From the sequence record SRR31156797_2062: a stretch of DNA of 34,127 nucleotides, one strand, 5' to 3'. Positions within the stretch are counted from its first letter, which is position 1. Each line of letters begins with the position of its first letter. The notes under the pieces are model-generated. The model was not told the origin of the DNA, ran no database searches, and saw only the letters and a list, made by a program, of their open reading frames with translations. Made by a program: the position numbers and the translations under genes. Positions 27,416 to 34,127 of this stretch are shown here, one piece after another.

Positions 27416-27934
27416 TCAGTGAGGGAAGGTCCCAACTCGGGCAGAGCGAGCAATATAGTAACGGTAATAACCGACTATATTACTACTAAGAAAAAGACAT
27501 TCAAGGAGTACTGCGGTGGGGGAATGGGCAAGAACATTATGCACCAGCCAGAAGCCGGTACCCAGAAACATCATTTCACGCATGCGACGATCTGTACTGC
27601 AAAAGGACCCCACTGTATTGCAAATTGCGCCGGTACAACTCAACAAACTGAGCACCCCGCTATACGTACCGAGCCCCATGAGCAGTGAGCAACAAATAAA
27701 AATCGACATCGCCTTCTTTGAAGTCGTAAAATAACTGGTAACAAAACGCACTCCTGCAAGAAGTCCTAGCCCCGCAGCAGTCCAGTGACCCAGCAGAACA
27801 AAATGGAGGGAAATTAAGGACGAAGAAATGATCAGGCAGCCAAGGATATGTTTCCTCTCTTTACCTTGAAAGGAAAGCAGGTCTGTACATATCGCTATCC
27901 CGACCAATATCTGCGACAATATAAAAGGTGTCAT
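27416..27934 (-). CDS. YgjV family inner membrane protein
   Basis: HFVLLGHWTAA and WLVHN..AHS motifs; hydrophobic. Confidence 0.85.
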   Translation of the reverse strand: MTPFILSQILVGIAICTDLLSFQGKERKHILGCLIISSSLISLHFVLLGHWTAAGLGLLAGVRFVTSYFTTSKKAMSIFICCSLLMGLGTYSGVLSLLSCTGAICNTVGSFCSTDRRMREMMFLGTGFWLVHNVLAHSPTAVLLECLFLSSNIVGYYRYYIARSARVGTFPH

Positions 27935-28184
27935 GGAGTCTCAAAAAATAAACAAAAACTTTTTTCCAACTGTTATCTCAAGTATATGAAACAACAAACA
28001 TCAACCCAGCGTACTCTTTTTTCCCTGTTCAAGCAAAGTGAACCGAATGCATCCTCCTCTCCAGCACCCTATTCCCGGAAGCACCTTGCACACTTTTTGA
28101 GAAATACGTTGCCAGCTATGTTACATTGCATGGTCACCTTTGCTCCATCAATATCACTTAAACGCCATCAAATAGAAAACGTTT

Positions 28185-29456
28185 ATGACAGAAAAACTGC
28201 GAATTACACGAGAAGAGCGAAGCTGGATACTCTACGATGTCGGCAACTCTGCCTTTGTTTTAGTGATGGTTACCGCCATCATGCCGTTGTTTTTTAAAGA
28301 GTTTGCCGCAGTAGGCCAAACGGATGCGGTGGCAACCGCCAACTGGGGTTTTGCCAATTCCGCAGCGTCACTGATCCTGGCCCTGCTTGCCCCAGTCCTG
28401 GGTGCTCTGGCGGATTACCGTGATCGGAAAAAATTATTTTTCACCTCTTTTCTGTTCCTCGGTTTTTTCTTTACCCTGAGCCTGCCATTTATACAGGAGG
28501 GACAATGGCTCCTCTGCCTGGTCCTTTTTATAGGTGCTCGGGTCGGTTGGGCCGGGGCAAATATTTTCTATGATGCCTTCCTCACAGATGTCACCTCTCC
28601 CCAGAGAATGGATAGTATTTCGGCAAAAGGATTTGCCTGGGGCTATATAGGCAGCGTGGTTCCTTTTCTTGCCATTATCGGCCTGATATTTTACGGTACT
28701 GATGCCACAGGAGCCTTACCGCCGCAGGAAACAAAAATTGGATTTGTAATAGTCGCCCTGTGGTGGCTGCTGCTTTCTGTACCTGCTTTAAGATATCTTC
28801 GCCAAACCCATTACCTTCCGCCGGTTGCTGCAGCAGTAACAGATAGCTTTAAGCGCCTGATGCAGACATTTCGCCAAATCCGCCGTCATCGACAGATTTT
28901 CCTTTTTTTAAGCGCCTATTTTTTCTACATAGATGGTGTCGGTACTATTATCAGCATGTCAACCGCTTATGGCAGTGACCTTGGCTTCGGACCAACGATG
29001 CTGATTTTGATGCTGCTTTTCATCCAGATTGTGGCCTTTCCCTTTACCTTACTGTACGGCAGACTTGCCGAACATTTCTCTGCTAAAACGATGCTGCTCG
29101 CGGGTATCAGTGTCTACATTCTGGTCACCCTGCTCGCCTTTTTCCTCCCGGATATACATAATCTTTTCTGGAAGACCGCAACCTTTTGGTGTATTGCTTT
29201 TTTAGTTGCCTCTTCCATGGGCGGCATCCAGGCACTCAGCAGAAGTTATTTCGGAAAGCTGGTCCCAGCAAAGCAAAGTGCAGAATTTTTTGGTTTTTAC
29301 AATGTCTTTGGTAAATTTGCCGCGATTAGCGGCCCTTTCTTAATGGGCCTTACAGGCCGCTTGACGGGCGACACCAGGTGGGGACTGCTGTGTATTATGG
29401 CACTCTTTGTGATTGGAGGACTGCTCCTCAAGCAGACCCAAGAACAACCTGCCTAG
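28185..29456 (+). CDS. MFS transporter (UMF1/Atg22-like)
   Basis: SWILYDVGNSAF, NIFYDAFL, GGIQALSRSYF, AEFFGFY; ~12 TM segments. Confidence 0.92.
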   Translation: MTEKLRITREERSWILYDVGNSAFVLVMVTAIMPLFFKEFAAVGQTDAVATANWGFANSAASLILALLAPVLGALADYRDRKKLFFTSFLFLGFFFTLSLPFIQEGQWLLCLVLFIGARVGWAGANIFYDAFLTDVTSPQRMDSISAKGFAWGYIGSVVPFLAIIGLIFYGTDATGALPPQETKIGFVIVALWWLLLSVPALRYLRQTHYLPPVAAAVTDSFKRLMQTFRQIRRHRQIFLFLSAYFFYIDGVGTIISMSTAYGSDLGFGPTMLILMLLFIQIVAFPFTLLYGRLAEHFSAKTMLLAGISVYILVTLLAFFLPDIHNLFWKTATFWCIAFLVASSMGGIQALSRSYFGKLVPAKQSAEFFGFYNVFGKFAAISGPFLMGLTGRLTGDTRWGLLCIMALFVIGGLLLKQTQEQPA

Positions 29457-29664
29457 TTGACAACACGTTAATAATTCCCTCGTACCATTTAATACATAAG
29501 GATATCTTGAAAAATTAGATATTTCGTTCAAAATCAAGTAAGCGAAGCCTCCGGGAGATTGCGCAAAAAAGCAATTTTTCAAGATGGCCACAACAAAATT
29601 GTCACCGAAAGAGTATATGGTGTAGTTAGTATTACTGCCAACAGGTATCTTTTCAGAACCATCA

Positions 29665-32067
29665 GTGAGGAAAAGAGCATTGACCGCCCCTACAAAACTA
29701 TATCTCCCATACATATATTTTCTTACCCTGCTCACGGGTATCCTTTTATTGCCTTACCAACAAGGGACGGCGGCTCCACTAGAAAATACTCCACAAAAAA
29801 CAGTATCCCAACCAGTGACAACCACGGACAATGCCACCATAACAAACATGATGGCTGGCCTCAGCGACGAACAGGTAAGAAAGCTGCTTATCCATGAACT
29901 TCAGCAAGATGCTCAGCACCTGCAACCTGAAGGAAAACAAATAAAAGGCCCAGCAAGCCTGTTCCATCACACCCTTAAGGCACTTTCCCAAAAGCATGAC
30001 AAAGAGGAGAGCCAGTTCAGAATGCTCTGGTCTGGCGCCCCAAACATCCTCCCAGACCTGGAAAACGTCTTTATCAAGCTGTGTCCTTTTGGAACTGTTC
30101 AAGGTGCATGGCAAAGTGCTCTTTGGGTGCTTTTCTTTATCTGCATAGGGTTTGCAACGGAAGCAGTCTTTAGGTATTTCTTCATCTCAAAATACTTCAT
30201 AGCTACACCTGAGGTGAACACTGCAATCATCAAAGGGGTTGAAAAACTCATTGCCGCCATCCTACTCGTACTTCCCAACATACTGGGTCTACTCTTTTTT
30301 TTCGGTGCATCTTACTTTTCTTTCATGTTCTTCATCTGGACGGATTCCCCTTATGTCCAGTTCTTTTTTCTTGCCACCTTGCTTACGATTACCACCATCA
30401 GGACAATCAATATCCTCTCTCACATCATTTTTTCTCCCCAGTATAAAATATTTCGTATATTTCCTGCTGACTGCGGGGCAGCAAAAACGGCCCACCGCCT
30501 TACGACGGGAGCCTTCAGTTATATAACCATCACCCTGATGCTGGTAACCACACTTCGTCGGCTCGACGCAGATATAGCAACGGTAAGACTCCTACAGCTC
30601 TTTAGTGTCAGCCTCCTGCTCTTCATAACTGCTGCTGCCATTGTTGTTATCAGAAAAAATGTCCGTGCCCATATCCTCGCAAACAGCAACCACCAAAGCG
30701 GCCACCCTTCCTGGGGACGCAAACAATTCGCTTCGCTCTGGCATATTTTGGCCATCACCTACCTCATCCTGCTCTGGTTTCTGCTCCTTAATGACCTGGC
30801 CGACCCAAGCTACAGCCGAAGAGGTGCGTTTATTCCCAGCTTTTTCATTTTTCCCCTGTGGATAGTAGCAGACCGCTTTGTCCAGTGGCTGGTCCTTTAC
30901 ACTATGAAGACACTTCATATTCACGAGGATGGTGACCTACCAGCCCCCAAAATAACCGATGAAGAAATCCTTCGGCACCAAAAGGGGCTGGAACTGTATC
31001 AAAAAACCAAAACCGTCGCTCGGGTTGGCTTGGTACTCCTCATGATGGTTTGGATAGCAAACCTCTGGGATATCCGCATTCCTCTTTTTTCTGAGCTTGC
31101 TGCCATCCTTATGGACACCATCGTCATCGTGGCGCTGGCAATTTTCATGTGGCAGCTTATCAGCAGCTGGATTGAGCGTAAAATTGAAGAATCACTTCCA
31201 GAGGGAGAGGAAGACGCAGAAAAGAATGATGACGAGTGGGGGAGTGCTGCATCACGCGGCCGCGCCTACACCCTACTGCCCATGGTTCGTAAGTTTCTCG
31301 GCACTATCCTGATCGTAATGGTAACCATGACAATGCTCTCGTCATCCGGGGTAGACATCGCGCCTCTGCTTGCCGGTGCTGGAGTAATCGGCCTTGCAAT
31401 CGGTTTTGGTGCTCAAAAACTGGTTGCCGACATGTTTTCCGGGTTCTTTTACCTGCTTGATGATGCATTTCGGGTGGGAGAATATATTGAGGCGAACACG
31501 GTCTCTGGTACGGTGGAAACGATAACCTTACGCAACGCCATGATAAGGCATCACAGAGGCATGCTGCAGATTGTTCCCCACTCTGACCTTGGAGCCATCA
31601 CCAACTATATGCGCGGCGGCATAATCGTCAAATTCAACCTTGATTTCCCCTATGATGCGCCAATAGACAAAATACGTAAAATTATTAAAAAGGTCGGCCA
31701 GAAAATGCTCCAAAACGAAGAATACGGCAAGGACTTTATCAGACCGCTAAAATCGCAGGGGGTACGAGAGATAACCAATTCTGTGATGACTATCAGGGTC
31801 AAGTTTACCGCCCAGCCAGGTACCCATTTTGTGATTCGACGAGAAGCCTTTCGTCTTATCACCGAAGCACTCACTGCTCAGGGGATACACTATGCCCACC
31901 GCAAGGTCATTGTTGATTTACCAGAATTTACCCAGGAAAGAGAGCAGATACCCCCAGAGGCTCAAGACAAAATTTCCAGGGCCGCCGGCGCAGCTGCCAT
32001 GCGCTCTGCAGAAGATATTGAAAAAGTCCCCCAGCAATCCAGACAAGAGACTTTTGACGATTTATGA
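29665..32067 (+). CDS. Large MscS-family mechanosensitive channel
   Basis: LLAGAGVIGLAIGFGAQ..D.FSG, FRVGEYI, GTVE.ITLR; long N-terminal TM region. Confidence 0.92.
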   Translation: MRKRALTAPTKLYLPYIYFLTLLTGILLLPYQQGTAAPLENTPQKTVSQPVTTTDNATITNMMAGLSDEQVRKLLIHELQQDAQHLQPEGKQIKGPASLFHHTLKALSQKHDKEESQFRMLWSGAPNILPDLENVFIKLCPFGTVQGAWQSALWVLFFICIGFATEAVFRYFFISKYFIATPEVNTAIIKGVEKLIAAILLVLPNILGLLFFFGASYFSFMFFIWTDSPYVQFFFLATLLTITTIRTINILSHIIFSPQYKIFRIFPADCGAAKTAHRLTTGAFSYITITLMLVTTLRRLDADIATVRLLQLFSVSLLLFITAAAIVVIRKNVRAHILANSNHQSGHPSWGRKQFASLWHILAITYLILLWFLLLNDLADPSYSRRGAFIPSFFIFPLWIVADRFVQWLVLYTMKTLHIHEDGDLPAPKITDEEILRHQKGLELYQKTKTVARVGLVLLMMVWIANLWDIRIPLFSELAAILMDTIVIVALAIFMWQLISSWIERKIEESLPEGEEDAEKNDDEWGSAASRGRAYTLLPMVRKFLGTILIVMVTMTMLSSSGVDIAPLLAGAGVIGLAIGFGAQKLVADMFSGFFYLLDDAFRVGEYIEANTVSGTVETITLRNAMIRHHRGMLQIVPHSDLGAITNYMRGGIIVKFNLDFPYDAPIDKIRKIIKKVGQKMLQNEEYGKDFIRPLKSQGVREITNSVMTIRVKFTAQPGTHFVIRREAFRLITEALTAQGIHYAHRKVIVDLPEFTQEREQIPPEAQDKISRAAGAAAMRSAEDIEKVPQQSRQETFDDL

Positions 32068-32151
32068 TTAAATGTCGGCTGTAAGGGGCATGCTCCTAAA
32101 AATCACCCCTCCGACGACCGACTTTCTTCCAATGCCTGTAGACGTGGATCT

Positions 32152-32400
32152 TTATCGCGTAGCCAAGGTCGTCTTTATCTCTTCGTAACTGATAACCTGA
32201 ATCTCAGCCTCGCTGTTTTTAGACTTCACCCTGACAGGCACCATGCTGTCTTTGTCCAATGGGATCATTTGCGGCTCTTTTTCATTCACAAACAGTATAA
32301 TAACCGGAGCTTTAACGGTATCCTCCATCCGAAATCCTTCCAAACGTGTGGTTTCCTTGTCGACAAAAACGGTATCGCCCTGTATTTCAATCATATCCAA
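32152..32400 (-). CDS. Hypothetical protein (~80 aa)
   Basis: GGAG RBS, protein-like composition, no recognised family. Confidence 0.6.
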   Translation of the reverse strand: MDMIEIQGDTVFVDKETTRLEGFRMEDTVKAPVIILFVNEKEPQMIPLDKDSMVPVRVKSKNSEAEIQVISYEEIKTTLATR

Positions 32401-32609
32401 AGTCTCTCCATATAAAATTCAAAATATTTTTACTGCCCGTTACCCGCATCCCACACTTTATCGAGCAGTACTATAACCGATTAAAAACCTTCCCCTTATC
32501 AAGAGGAAGTGTCAGATCGAATCACAGCTCAGACACCCCTATCCGTCTTAATTCACCGGATGTCGGCAATAGCTTTTTTTTAGTGAGATAATCTGCACTG
32601 AACTGACTG

Positions 32610-33407
32610 TCAGTGAATTATCGTTATCAATCCAGCAAAATACTCACTGGCTTTGAGTAAGTGTGATTCGTACCAGGAAAACATTTCACCATCTACCAAT
32701 TCAATTTTTGCGTTGGGAACAATCTGCTGAAACTCTTCTTTATTTACTTCTGCAAACGGAAAAGGTTCCGACGAAAGCAAAATGAGCTCTGGGTTCAATT
32801 CCTTAATTCTTTCAACAGTTAAAACAGGATACCTCTCCTCTGTATCAGTGATACTATTTTCGAGACTACACATTTCAAGCATCGAGTTGACAAAAGTATC
32901 CTGACTAACACACATGTAAGGGTTTTTCCAAATAAAATATAAAGCTTTAACCTTGTTTGCTTTCTTAGGTATTATAGCAAAATCAGCTTTAATCGTATTG
33001 GCCATTTCAAGCGCTTCAGACTCGGTCCCAGTCATCTTACCCGTTTGCAAAATATTGTTTAATGCATCTCCCAGGTTTCTTATTTTTGATACATAAACAT
33101 TATACTTATCCATTAAAGATTCAATTTGCGCCTTATCGTTTTCCTCTTCATTCGCCAAAATTAAATCAGGATTTAACAATGCAATTTCCTCTTCGTCTAA
33201 ACTTTTAGGTCCTCCAATATTGGGTAGGGAGTTTATTTTTCCCTCGGGATATATGCAAAATTCAGTACGCGAAACCACCCTACTTCCTATTCCCAAATCA
33301 AATAAAAATTCGGTAGTTGACGGAACAGCCGAAATAATTCTTTGAGGGGGAAAAGGAATGCTCATTTCTCGCCCTAAATCATCGGTTACTTTTATAAAAT
33401 TTCTCAT
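32610..33407 (-). CDS. BtuF/TroA-like helical-backbone metal-complex binding protein
   Basis: PPQRIISAVPSTTEFL, GGPK, PDLILANEEEN, LLSSEPFPF, DGEMFSWY. Confidence 0.88.
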   Translation of the reverse strand: MRNFIKVTDDLGREMSIPFPPQRIISAVPSTTEFLFDLGIGSRVVSRTEFCIYPEGKINSLPNIGGPKSLDEEEIALLNPDLILANEEENDKAQIESLMDKYNVYVSKIRNLGDALNNILQTGKMTGTESEALEMANTIKADFAIIPKKANKVKALYFIWKNPYMCVSQDTFVNSMLEMCSLENSITDTEERYPVLTVERIKELNPELILLSSEPFPFAEVNKEEFQQIVPNAKIELVDGEMFSWYESHLLKASEYFAGLITIIH

Positions 33408-33866
33408 AATGTAATACTCTTTTATCGAGCTGGTGAGAAATCCGGGCTAACCCTGCATAACCATCTGGTTACATTCGCACAATTAGCATGAATCATACCT
33501 CAATTTAGTTCAGAGAAAAGGCTAATAAACCAAACTTAATTAATGCTCACAATTTCTGCGTGATAGGGGAAAAAATCATTTAAGTTCGACGCCCCTTCCG
33601 TTCTTACACGTAATAATATGAATATGTAATCTCGACAACCCCGCCCGATCCAAAAAAGCGCTAATTAACAGCCCTTTGGTATCATCTTGCCAAAGCCGAG
33701 CTGCCTCTTAATTGTCACTGTACCGCCACGTGGACGCGCCATTCTTCTACACAGAGTAAACAATATTAGTCTATATCAAAACACAACTTCGCAAATCGAA
33801 AACCCACCGCAACTTTTACTATATTTCAATTTGTTGTATTCTATGCAATAACACCTCCAGAATTAT

Positions 33867-34127
33867 ATCCTCGAAAAAAAGCTTTAAAGCCGGCGACGAA
33901 ACGAAAGTTGGTTGATTATATCAGACATACGTTTGGGTTGAGTGTTCGCGCGATTTGTCGGCTTCTGGGGCTGAGTCGAACCGTATATGCTTATAAACCG
34001 AACATCCATGAAGATGATGAAGTGGTCATCACTTTGAGTGAATTGGTCGGAGATTAAACGAGATCTGGTTTTCAAAAGCTGTTCCAGGTGCTGAGAAAAA
34101 AGGACATGGCTGGAACCATAAACGGGT
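33867..34127 (+). pseudogene. Degenerate IS3-family transposase fragment (end of orfA and start of orfB), runs off the window
   Basis: ILEKKL* over an A7G slippery site (33874-33881); -1 frame KPATKRKLVDYIRHTFGLSVRAICRLLGLSRTVYAY; in-frame TAA at 34055; further frameshift before GHGWNHKRV. Confidence 0.88.

Noticed and set aside
33408-33866. Cobalamin riboswitch upstream of the BtuF-like gene
   Set aside because: No B12-box or GGGAA/CCC core recognised on the minus strand; the only similar-looking stretch is on the wrong strand
1-34127. CRISPR arrays, tRNA or rRNA genes
   Set aside because: No regularly spaced repeats or tRNA/rRNA signatures seen by eye

Overview
Bacterial chromosomal window, probably from a sulfate-reducing Desulfobacterota/Desulfobulbales-like organism (inferred from gene content only). 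Bases 1 to ~5500 are the right end of an integrated mobile element. It carries a ~1008-aa BT4734/VirE_N-type primase + PriCT-2 + SF2-like helicase fusion and a large serine recombinase, and it has apparently inserted into a LysE-family gene, of which only the 3' half follows the junction. The element has clear cis-features: a perfect sigma70 promoter abutting the junction, a primase leader with two perfect hairpins, and an AT-rich palindrome after the primase-helicase (candidate origin). The rest is mostly housekeeping: cupin, membrane proteins, radA, a hybrid sensor kinase flanked by two orphan binding proteins, a central-carbon cluster (pyk, glgP, glycerate kinase, GTP-PEPCK, divergent transketolase), purU, PaaI/Lrp/GSCFA/YgjV, MFS, MscS, an AT-rich BtuF-like gene and a decayed IS3. 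Two small ORFs below the ORF-track cutoff (53-aa DUF5668-like; 57-aa CxxC-x10-CxxC) and a ~124-nt G-U-rich intergenic hairpin were also found. All family calls come from motif recognition by eye; no searches were run.
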